Shown piece by piece: positions 11,015 to 20,903 of a stretch of DNA of 32,000 nt. This stretch comes from Wallemia ichthyophaga EXF-994 (taxonomy: Eukaryota; Fungi; Basidiomycota): the NCBI RefSeq assembly GCF_000400465.1, contig NW_008806294.1, positions 148,780 to 180,779 on the forward strand. Direction: 5' to 3'. The notes beneath the pieces were generated by a model. That model was not told the origin of the DNA. It did no database searches and saw only the letters and a program-made list of their open reading frames with translations. The translations under genes were made by a program, and so were the position numbers. The number at the start of each line of letters is the position of its first letter. Position 1 is the stretch's first letter.

Positions 11015-12413
11015 ATGGATGTTGGGAATAAAGAAATATTTACGCCAGCCACTGAAACCAGCCTCGCTACTGCTATCTCAACCACCACTCGCCATCGCCT
11101 CAGAGACGAAGCCGTTGCCGCAATAGCCGAAATGATGAACAGAATATCTGAGGTGCTTCAAGACACAGACAAAGCACGTGCACTCGCTGGTAAATTACAG
11201 CGTTTGGCTTATGCGCGTCAGTCGAATGCTATCGCCAGGCAAGACCAAGAGAACGCGGCTCTAGAGGATACGCGTTTGGGCAAAATTGTAAATGAGATGC
11301 GTAAAGGCATGATTTTCGATTTGGACTGGATCAGAGAGCTAGAAGCTGATGAGTTTGCTGGTCTCCTCGACTCCGTCGATTTGAACGGGGACGATAGCAC
11401 TACACACGACAAGCAACTGGAATTCCTCCTTTTTAAGAGAATACAGGAGCAGATCTACGGCGATCAAGCAGCCGATGATAATAGAAGTGACTCTATCGCT
11501 CAAGATCCAACGACTATCGAGTTACTCGCTTTAGACGACCTCAAACAGCGCAAACAGTCCTATCTACATGTCCTACCCACCCTCGACGATGAAATTGAGC
11601 AAGCGAAGCAGGAACTGGCTAGGGAGGATGAGCTATTCGTAGACAGCACCCAAATGAAAGAAGGCATCAACGATCGTATCATCGATATTTACTCCTCATC
11701 AGCTGAAGTGACTCCAGAGCAATATTTCAACGACTTGAGGCGTAAGATACGCTCAAAACACACTGAACACAACAACCTCTCACTTGAGCTAGAAGACACT
11801 GTCCTCGCTGCTGGTGTATACGATGATGAAGATGAGGCAGAGGATGAGAACCGCGAAGATGTCGAAGATATCAGACGCTACTTTATGCCAGCAGAGAATA
11901 GCGAGAATGGGAGAAAGAGAACGAAGCAAGAGGAGCGCGAGGAGTTTCTGCTCTTGTTATCAGTGAGTGATAAGTAGTGCATAGCGAGCGCATGGTAGCG
12001 TACCTCGTGGTCCGTGCACTCATGCACCCGTTCCTAGTATCGGTAGATATCGGTTAACTGCTTATCTCAGGACCTACTACAAGCCATGGATGAAACACCG
12101 GTAGACCCGTACATCAACGTATCTGAATACTACGAGGGCGTCAGAATTAAGATTGTAGAGAGCGGGATTGCAGTTGAGCACCCCACTGACTCGGCCAGAC
12201 TGCGCCTGCATGACTTCCGTGAGTGGGGCACCAGATATTTTGGGGTACAGCTAACAAAACCAAGACAAAACATTCGACGATGGCTCTGATGGGGAGGAAG
12301 GATATGAAGAGGAAGATGAAGATGCACGTCGAGAACTTCTCGATTACTATGGCGGAGAGGGAGACGATTTAAGTGAGGCTGGGGAGATTGGTGAGGATGA
12401 AATGGCCATATAG
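11015..12413 (+). CDS. Probable kinetochore CCAN subunit CENP-K (Sim4/Mcm22-like) with an acidic tail; exons (11015 or 11132)-11962, 12071-12218, 12265-12413
   Basis: Phase-0 intron 11963-12070 (GTGAGT..CAG) and 46-nt intron 12219-12264 (GTGAGT..GCTAAC..AAG) join two ORFs and a third exon ending TAG 12411-12413. The spliced C-terminus FLLLLSDLLQAMDETPVDPYINVSEYY...ESGIAVEHPTDSARLRLHDF resembles the CENP-K C-terminal pattern as I recall it (DPY.....GIA..HP.D..R.RL..F). Upstream is helical/coiled-coil-like sequence. Family call is from memory, not a search; the start codon is uncertain. Confidence 0.65.
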
Positions 12414-12762
12414 ACTGGCAAGATATGGTAACTAGGTGAACATCTCAAATACCCTGAAAATATTTGTAAATTAATATGTACCAGTTGAGCCCCTGAAAAC
12501 GTCGAATAGCAAGTAACGCGTCAGCGAGTAGAGGACAAAAGGTACTTTAAATGAATTTTACTACAGATAGGATGTTTCATACTTGTCTTTCCTTTCGACA
12601 CATGCCAAATCGTCTCAACCCGTTCGCCGTGTACCTTGAACTTTAAAAAGGCTTATATAAGTTGAGGCATTTTAGAGTGAGGCATTTAATCAACATCAAA
12701 TGATAAAGGGTTCTAGTTGAACTACGACGGAGCAACAAAAGTGCGACAATACACGGAAGCAC

Positions 12763-13318
12763 ATGCAGCCATTGTGAGGAGTGATCAGAGCAGAAACCCA
12801 GCGATCAAGGCTAACGGTTACACTATAGATACCCACTGTCGACGTTAGAAGACTGTTCAAAGACAGTGACGTACATGTAAAGCTCTGTTGGGCTTTTCGA
12901 TAACGAGTTGGCGTCAGAGTATTTGTGGGCGGAGAGCGATCGTGAAAGGCGCGGTACATTGTGTGCTGCTTCATCACCCACCACCCAACAAAAAGCCTCT
13001 AGAAAAGCCAACAGACTGCCAGTTGCGTGTCTATTCTGCAGGAGACGCAAGATAAAGTGCGACGGACAGAAATCGTGCAAGCACTGCTCTAAGAAGGGCA
13101 TCGAGTGTATCTACCCGACAATTCCCCGTTCCAGACGCCGCTCATCGAAGCAGCTTCAGCTGGATTTGCAGCAAGCAGACATGCTCGATAGCAAAATTAG
13201 AGAGACAATTGGAAATATTTCAGGGGATTGCTCGGATAGCAGTAGCAGCAGGAGCGCTATTGTGCAGATGAAGTACATGCAGCAAATGAGCTCAATCAAG
13301 GCTAGCACACTCTTTTAG
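12763..13318 (+). CDS. Small Zn(II)2Cys6 zinc-cluster protein; 5' exon structure uncertain
   Basis: ACLFCRRRKIKCDGQKSCKHCSKKGIECIY is a complete CX2CX6CX5CX2CX6C cluster. The ORF from 12908 has no ATG before the cluster. Candidate upstream exon starts at ATG 12763 with intron 12774-12828 (GTGAGG..GCTAAC..TAG); a second, weaker intron (e.g. 12866-12907) would be needed. Confidence 0.7.
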
Positions 13319-13399
13319 CCTGCTAAACTTAACGAAACGCGACGATTAATTTATAAATTGTACATTACTCATTACGTCATACCTATATTTACAACGCTC

Positions 13400-13934
13400 A
13401 TGTCTGAATTGACTTCAGTGGATTATTTTGCGTATGCAGTGGCTACTTGGTCTACGGGCACAGCCGTTTCGCTTGTTGGATTCCCCAGGCTTATTACTAC
13501 GCTGCTACTGCCATATGAGAAGCACAGTAACGGCGAAGTACTCCCGAAAACTGAATTGAATGGCTTCGAGAAGTTCCTGGCAACGCAATCAAGTATTTCA
13601 TTGCTAGCTGCTGCCTACTTACTGCTTCAATTGACTGGCTCTCTTTCTTCATCGCCTATCAGACAGCCATCGCCCTATAGAATTCCAAGCGTAGGATTCG
13701 CAACGTTAGCACTCCTTTTATCCTCAGCACTTAGCTTCTACGCCGACAACATCGGCAACCTTGGCAAAGTACACTGCCTGCCAACAGCCCTGCTCAGCTT
13801 ATGGGGCGTGTCTATCGTGGGTGCGAGTCGTCCCACAACCAGCACTGACAATCAAGCAGATGATATTCGGAGAAGACTTCTCAACTAAGCGCTCTAGCTT
13901 CCCATTCAAGAACACTGAAGCTAAGAAGAAGTAG
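13400..13934 (+). CDS. Uncharacterised fungal multi-pass membrane protein, 163 aa; exons 13400-13816, 13860-13934
   Basis: About four hydrophobic segments. The 43-nt phase-0 intron (GTGGGT..CTGAC..CAG) yields the C-terminus LWGVSIMIFGEDFSTKRSSFPFKNTEAKKK*, similar to a conserved fungal hypothetical family ending KRTSGFPFKN (recalled, not searched). Confidence 0.75.
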
Positions 13935-13960
13935 ATTTGATCATTTAAATTATTCTTTGT

Positions 13961-14853
13961 ATGACAACATTCACCGACCACACCCACATCGATGCTGCAA
14001 CATACAGACGCCTCAGACCGCGGGAGTATCTAAACAGGTATTTGGACTCCAATGTGCGCATAGATGGTAGATCATTGCTCGACTTCCGAAGCACAAGCAT
14101 CAACCAAGGTTGGTTGGGTTGCTGTGTCTCCAATACCTTCCTCACATTCCCCACACAGGCTCAATTGAAACCGCAGACGGCAGCGCTGTTGTACGCCTCG
14201 GCAACACTACAATGGTGGCCGGTATAAAGCTCAAAACTGCTCTGCCAGATCCAAGTCGCGAGGCGGGCTACATAGTCCCCAATGTTGATCTTAATCCTGT
14301 CTCCAATGCTAAATTCAAAAGCGGTCCTCCTTCGGACCAGGCGCAGGTGCTCAGCAGCCGTCTCAACGATCTTCTTCTATCAGCCAACATCGTAAATCAC
14401 TCTCAACTCGTTATAGAACCACGTAAAGCTGTTTGGGTGGTCTATGTCGATGTTACGTGTATAAATTACGACGGAAACGCTCTCGATGCTGCTATGATTG
14501 CTATCGTTGCAGCGTTGAAGAATACTCAGCTGCCTGAAGCTAATTATGACTACGATCATGAAAAGGTAGTAGCTAATAAGCAGCACTACGCCCCTCTTTC
14601 CCTCAACAAGGTCGTTGTCCCCTCCTCATTTGGCTGGTTCGATGGCAAGCTACTCGCTGACCTCACCGACTTTGAACAGTCTTTATGCGCAGCACAGATC
14701 ACTGTCGTCGTCAATCCAGACGGTTCACTAGCACATCTCTCCACACAAGGACTCAGTCTTGGTCACACCATAGAGGACAGTGTCAACATCACCAATTCTG
14801 CTATCTCAGCAGCCCAACACCGCTACGCCAGCGTATCAAAACTAATAATTTAG
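13961..14853 (+). CDS. RRP43: Exosome core subunit Rrp43/EXOSC8 (RNase PH fold), 280 aa; exons 13961-14108, 14159-14853
   Basis: PREYLNRYLDSNVRIDGR...NQ|GSIETADGSAVVRLGNT, YIVPNVDL, KFKSGPPSDQAQ, KAVWVVYVDVTCINYDGNALDA; 50-nt intron 14109-14158. Confidence 0.88.
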
Positions 14854-14886
14854 ATATACATTGCAGTAATGATATTTTTTCACTAG

Positions 14887-17800
14887 CTAGCTTGCCTCGG
14901 CCTTCACTCGTGTTTTTAGGGGTGTGTTGGTTGTGCTAGTAGCACCCGCCTTCTTATGCTCATTCAACAGCAACATGAGATTCCCACGTGTCTCATCGAG
15001 CCACTCGCCGTTATTAACGCACAGTACTTTCATTTTGGGGTGGTATGTGAGGTTAGGCAGGAGCTTCGGCGTGATGAGGAAGTACTGACTCGAGAAGTCT
15101 TGGCAAGTGACCTGCACCATTTGGTTGTGCACCAGCCTCTCCGCTCTGCTATCCATACCCTGATTGATTTCATCCACCAGACTGAACGGCGACTTGGACA
15201 ACTCTGTGAGAGACATGAGGTAGAGTATCGTAGACAGCGACCTCTCTCCACCGCTCTGACGCTGGTGTGTGAGCAGCTCAAGTGACTCGCTCTCTCTAAA
15301 CTTGACGTAGATCTCTATCGCCCACTGCGCATAGTCGGTGTGTCGGTATAGCTTCACTTCTCCAGCACACCCAAAACGCTCGAAAGCCCTACCGAAGCGG
15401 TCACTCACTGCGGTAATCAGCTTGAGAAGTGTAGGTTCCCATTGCGACTATGACCGGTTAGTGTGTGTGATCATTTTCAAGAACCTACCCACCCTGACTC
15501 CATCTATGTATGCCTTCTTCCTGTCGTAATCCTCCTGCTTATTTTCAATGTCCTTGGTTTGTGTCTCGATCATACGCTCGCGCTCCTCGTACATCTCCAC
15601 CACACTCGAGCTGATATTCGAGTTCATCTCCAAATTGCTCTTCTCCACCGCCAACGCATCTTCAAGCTCTTCCAAACTCTGTTCGTCACCCGTTTGGCTC
15701 ACTCGCTCTCTCAACTTGATAAAATCATCACGCAGCTCTTCGCTGCTCTGTGCCAGTTGCTGCTGAGCCGCTTTGAGGTACTGCGTGGAATCCCCCTTGA
15801 TTCGTTTATACAAGTCGTCCGCCTTGTTCAGCTCGCGCGATGCATCGCTCAGCCTGACGTTGTACTCATTCATGTGTGCATTCAGACTGCGTTTGTTCGC
15901 GTCGTATTGTATCTCCGATAACACTAGCAACTCACTCTCGTCTATTATCTCTGATATATCCCCCACCAGTTCAGTATATGCCTCCACTTCTCCCGCTCTC
16001 TGTCTTGTTATTTTGCATATTAGTCTCTTCAACTTCTCCTTCTCGAGGTGTGAGCTGGGTTGGGATTCCAGTTGGTAGAGATGCTTCTTGTTACTGGTCA
16101 GAGTCGCCTGAGCTTTGAAATACTCCTGCTGCGCTCTCTGAATCTTTCTCTTCTTTTCATCAAAAGCTGCTATCTCCTGCTTGTATGTACTCTCCTGCGT
16201 TCTCATCTCCCTCTCTTTGGGTATCATCTCATTTATCCTCCCCTCTAGCTCGGCTGACTTGCTCCTGCAATCCTCGATGCGCATCTCCAGCCCGTGCCGC
16301 TCTTCGTTGTCTGTGGACGCATCATTGAAGACGCGTGACGGCCGTATGAATGTCGTTGTCGTTGTCGCCGCTTGTCGCCCATATCTCGACCAGCTGTATG
16401 TGTGCGATTCGGTGCCGATCAAGTATCTCCTCAACTCTTTGCTCTTGAATGCACGCGACTCTTCAATCGCCTTCATGTTGATCTTGTCAGATGTCTTCGC
16501 TATAGGTATCTTGTGCAGAAAGCACACCTTCTTGAGGTAGTTGAGAATAAAGTCTGGCGCATCGACGAAATCAATAGCAAAACCATCGAATCCGAGCTCC
16601 TGTATCTCTTCACGTGACATATACTGCTCCGTCTCTCTTGCATTGAAAACTGGCTGCACTATATTCACTCTAAAGTGGTACTTGTCTATAATCTGCTTGG
16701 TGGCGATATCGTAGTCCTCCTGGCTCTGACAAAGGATAGTCTTCATGACGTTATAGTTTATCAGAGACTCGATAGCCGAGGCGTACGACTGATCCTTAAC
16801 TCTGACCTCCAAAAAAGCCGGATCATACACTCTGCTACCAAACTTATCCTGATTCTTGCCAATAATATCGACAGTCCTAGCTGTGGTTTCATCAAACGTT
16901 TTAAACTTCTCAAAACGACGGTGCCTAACGTTATCCATGTTGTTTAAGGTCTTCTGGTAGCCCTGTATGTCATGGAGGAGGTCTCGCTGCTCGGATGCCA
17001 CATCCCGTCTGACATCCTGGAACTGCTTGCCGTCTTGGTGGAGCTGAGCAATTCTCCGCTTGATGTTGTTAATTTCGTCGTCGAGCTCAGCCAATCCTTC
17101 ATCACTGGGTTTGTTCGCGACTGTGTGCTCGAGCTCGACTATCTGCAACTTAATCTTTTCTATCTGCTGAACGCGACGCAGGTCTGCACGCTCAGAGTCG
17201 TCGATTTTAGTCGTGGCGTCTTCGGTATGTTTGACCAACTGCTCCAATGCTTTATTCACCTCTTTCAGCTGGTGACGTTTTTCTTCAATCAGTCCTTCCT
17301 TCTCCTTGCGCCTGCTCTCACTAGCTTCAATCATAACATCGTACTCTGCCATCTTCTTTTTGAGAGGAAGATTCTCTCTTTCAATCTTGATCACATTTTC
17401 ATTCAACCGCTTACGATTCGCCTTGGCTTGGTCATATTGTGCTTTTGATTGTGAGTAGCGAGAAAATGGTATCATCAGATTAAGCAGATTAATCTGTGAG
17501 TGTTTTAGTTTGTAGTTTGAGAACGGTAGGTCAATTCACCACCCATCAAACTCACCTTTTTCTCGATCGCTTTACGCGTTTTATAGCGTTCAATTTCGCG
17601 TTCCTGAGATCTATTCAGTTGTTGCAAGTCGTTGCGATCGTTGATGATGCTGTTCAGCGTGGCTTCCTGGGTGGAGAGGTCTTTGCCACTAGCGATGAGG
17701 TCATTATGCCATTGGGTGAGATCGCCAATACCCGTCCCTTCAGCTACCTTCTGCGTCTCGAGGAGCAAGGTAGATGGTGACATCTGCGCAAACTGCGACA

Positions 17801-18571
17801 CTTTATCTTGCGGTAGAAAGGAACATAGGTTACCTATCTGTATACCGTAGCTGTGGACAATATCCTTGATTACATCGAGCTTGCTGGGCTCGCCATCAAC
17901 TTCGTATTTGGATTGCTTGTCTGTGGAGTTGATACTACGTCTGATTACGTGGTTGCGTTTGCTGTTACGTGACTTGAGGTGAATTTCTATATAGCCCTGT
18001 GTCTTGTCCTGTTTAACAAACGCGTTGACGTCACTAGATCGACCGAGAATCTGTTATCGTGTGAGTGGATGGATGGGGGGGGACAAACATAACACACCTT
18101 CGGACCAGCACCTAAACCAAGTGCTATTCCACAAACTATAGTAGATTTACCGGTACCATTTGGACCAATGATCATATTGAGATAAGGCCCAGGACAGAAA
18201 TCGACATGATCGTAAGTGAGGAAGTTGTGCAGTACTACGCGCACGATAGACCCTGGGATAAAGTTGTCGCTGTCTCTATTTCGTTGTTGGGGTTGGAGTG
18301 CTTCAGCGACGTCTTCTTGGTTCATAAGTGGGTTGTTAAACGGTGATTCTTGGTCGCTGTTGTTTTCATCGTCATTGTCATTGTCGTCGTCGTTGTCATC
18401 ATTATCGCCTTCCACGCTATTCACCTCCTCATTGATAAGCCTCGATGGAGATGGCTTGCGATCGTCGTCGTCGTCGTCGTCAGAGTCGTGCAGCTGTTGC
18501 TGCTTCTTGGGCGACGCGCTTTCGTCCTCGTCAGACGACGGGACATGCCTCTTTAAGCTTGGCTTAGGCAT
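14887..18571 (-). CDS. SMC5: Structural maintenance of chromosomes protein 5, 1176 aa; exons 18571-18098, 18050-17556, 17493-15493, 15447-14887
   Basis: Walker A IIGPNGTGKSTIVC, GNLCSFLPQDKV, long coiled coils, signature QSGGERSLST and Walker B/D-loop VDEINQGMD (Smc5-type). Three phase-0 introns of 47, 62 and 45 nt; exon 2 was translated by hand. Confidence 0.95.
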
Positions 18572-18713
18572 GCGATGTTGGTGGTTGGGAAGAAGGAGGA
18601 TAAGATTGAGAAATGGATTTATAAGTAGATTACAAGTCGTACAAGGCGTGTAGGGGTTGTGAGGGAAGGCATCTCCCTCTATCTCTCTCCAATTTCCTCC
18701 ATCTCTGACGATC

Positions 18714-18731
18714 ACGCGTATTCACCCGCGT
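18714..18731. promoter_or_regulatory. MCB-like element (ACGCGT 18714-18719, plus CGCGT 18727-18731) upstream of SMC5
   Basis: Lies about 145 bp upstream of the SMC5 ATG. ACGCGT is the fungal MBF-bound G1/S element, and SMC genes are typical targets. Confidence 0.45.
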
Positions 18732-18751
18732 CACGCCCATCGCACCTATAA

Positions 18752-19221
18752 CTACTCCCACTTGGTTTCTGGGTTGAGAATAAACGAGTCGTAAAGCTGC
18801 CTGTTGAAGAGTGATAACTCAGTCTCGTTTTCTAATCAGGAGTCTGATCAGCAAAGCCTCAAGTTCGAATCCGGGACGTACCAATATGTTGACCATCAAT
18901 TTCAATTTCAGATAAGAATTTATTCCAGTCGTCAATAATCCAATGAGGATTATCGATGTTTATAATGAGATTAGTTGTTTTGTGGCCGTGTGCTTGAGTG
19001 TACAATTTGAGGCAGTCAAACTGAGTTGATCTGAATTGCTTGTATTTTGGCTGTGTGGCTATCTCGTGCTTACACAGCTCAACAAGTTGATTAACCGTTG
19101 TCGCTGTCAAATCCACTCCCCTTAGGATAAGATTCTTTGTTGTCCTAAATTCGAAACTCTTAATGAGCCTAATTGTGAGCGTGGCAGAGGTTTTTGGGTT
19201 TGTAAGGTTAGTGGTGGACAT
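18752..19221 (-). CDS. AIM29: UPF0538/C2orf76/DUF2340 ubiquitin-like-fold protein, 139 aa; exons 19221-18882, 18831-18752
   Basis: LTIRLIKSFEFRT, LKLYTQAHGHKTTNLIIN. The 50-nt intron (GTACGT..GCTGAT..TAG) supplies the family C-terminus ENETELSLFNRQLYDSFILNPETKWE*. Confidence 0.88.
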
Positions 19222-19267
19222 TTGCTGAGTTTGGAGGATATTCTCTGTGATTCTCTACTAAGAAGCA

Positions 19268-19918
19268 ATGATATCGATCGATTTAATTCGACACGGTGAG
19301 ACTGAGTTTAATATTTCCGGTAGAGTGCAAGGTCAGCTGGATATTCCACTCAATCAGCCTGGAAGGTTCCAGTGCGCTCTATTAGCCAATAGATACAAAG
19401 ATATCCCCATAGACTCTATTTACACCAGCGACTTGAGCAGAACGCACGAAACAGCGACTATTCTAGCCGCTCACCATCCAAACGTAACGATCACGTCGGA
19501 TCCACGCCTCAGGGAGAGGTGTTTCGGTCCTTATCAAGGCCAATCACTCACCAGGGAACAGCGCCACTCTCATTTAAAAGGCGTTGAGTCGTTGGAATCC
19601 ATGTACGCGCGTTGCTTGCAGTTTTACAATGACGTTCTCCTTCCTTTGATTTCCAGTAGTAGCGGTGGTACAAACGGTGACAAGAGAATTGTAATCGTTA
19701 GTCACGGTGCTCTACTCTCCGTGCTTATAAGACAGGTGCTGCTAAATAAGTACAAGTACTCGCTGGCACCTAATGTCAATCCAGCTAGTCTCATCAACAC
19801 TTCAGTCACTCGAGCAGTCGTGAATTCAAACCACAAAGGTACTCTAGTAAGCTGGTCAGATGATTCTCACCTGCAGACTCACGGTAAGGTTGAAAACGCC
19901 GATGAAATATGCTTATAA
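19268..19918 (+). CDS. Histidine phosphatase / phosphoglycerate-mutase-family protein
   Basis: LIRHGETEFN (RHG), SDLSR, LRERCFG and VSHGA motifs; substrate not determinable. Confidence 0.88.
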   Translation: MISIDLIRHGETEFNISGRVQGQLDIPLNQPGRFQCALLANRYKDIPIDSIYTSDLSRTHETATILAAHHPNVTITSDPRLRERCFGPYQGQSLTREQRHSHLKGVESLESMYARCLQFYNDVLLPLISSSSGGTNGDKRIVIVSHGALLSVLIRQVLLNKYKYSLAPNVNPASLINTSVTRAVVNSNHKGTLVSWSDDSHLQTHGKVENADEICL

Positions 19919-19980
19919 AAACATTGATCGTGAAAATCGTGAAGAATTTCACAAGTACCACGATTACCCCAATACACAAA

Positions 19981-20846
19981 CTACTTTCCTAAAATTTCCT
20001 TGGATTTCTCAAATGAACCCAAGTACACACCAGCTCCGGCAGCGGCCCAGGTAGATCTTAGGAGGCAACCTCTAAACAAACCCCTGACACCTTCATTTGC
20101 CATAACGCTCTTGCTCGTACTCCACACACCACCATTCTGTTCATTTTGGATCATTATCCGCGTCTTGATTACGTCGATTGGGTTTGTGGCGATGGATGCT
20201 ATAGTTGCAGCAGCAGAAGCAGCCAAAAAAGCAGATTTTGCGCGTGGCAAGTTCCTTTCACCGAGCATGGCTCTCAAATGCTCATATATCGGCCATTGGA
20301 CGGTGACTATCGGTGTGTTCCTGAGCACAAGTGCGCGATAACCAGGGAATAGAGACTTAAGGTTATCGCGTCTTAGTAGACGCTTAGTGAGTGTTTTTGT
20401 ATCACCGCCAACCTGTGCATTCTGTTTAATAAGCTCAGCAGGCGCGAGTACGGCACAGCTAGCGCATTCAGCCAAATTTGAAGCCAGAATTTGAGTGGCT
20501 GGGGATGATAGGTTGGTGCGAGTGTTAAATACACCCGTCATGTGCTCATACGTGGTGAAGAAAACGGCAGCAGAGGGAATAGTGGCGAGTATCACCGGCC
20601 CTACACCAGCGTAAAGATGAGATTTTGAGACGGAGAAAAGAGTGGCCGAGGATGTGCTCTGTATTCTAACCTTGAGAGTATCCATGGGGTCTGCTGGGTG
20701 CTTAGAATATAATCCTATGACGTCATATAAAACACACAGACGAGTAAATCAACCGTGAGAGCTGCGAGGCTACCGGCCTAAATATATTAGCCATGTGGAT
20801 TATATAGCCCACTCGCCCAGCTCACCGCCGCAATATTTAAATCCAT
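19981..20846 (-). CDS. PET8: Mitochondrial carrier, S-adenosylmethionine carrier (Pet8/SLC25A26)-like, 256 aa; exons 20846-20826, 20777-20738, 20690-19981
   Basis: Introns 20825-20778 and 20737-20691 give MDLNIAAAGSLAALTVDLLVYPMDTLKVRIQ. Three carrier signatures (PMDTLK, PAELIK, PIDVIK) plus LYAGVGP...IPSAAVFFTTYE typical of SAM carriers. Confidence 0.8.
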
Positions 20847-20903
20847 TTTGAATTTTCACCTTCGCAGTCCCGGCGAGAGGCACACGCTGCCTCTTGCACG
20901 CAG

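Noticed and set aside
11011-11088. N-terminal extension of PUT1 in the ORF track
   Set aside because: Begins at a non-ATG codon; the first ATG (11010) starts a presequence-like segment.
11963-12070. Stwintron, recursive splicing or intronic snoRNA in the long intron
   Set aside because: No nested arrangement regenerates a valid donor in frame, and no C/D or H/ACA box pair was found.
14956-18653. Plus-strand ORFs over SMC5, including Ser-rich 18216-18653
   Set aside because: Antisense to SMC5; the Ser/Val runs mirror its Asp-rich (GAC)n coding repeat.
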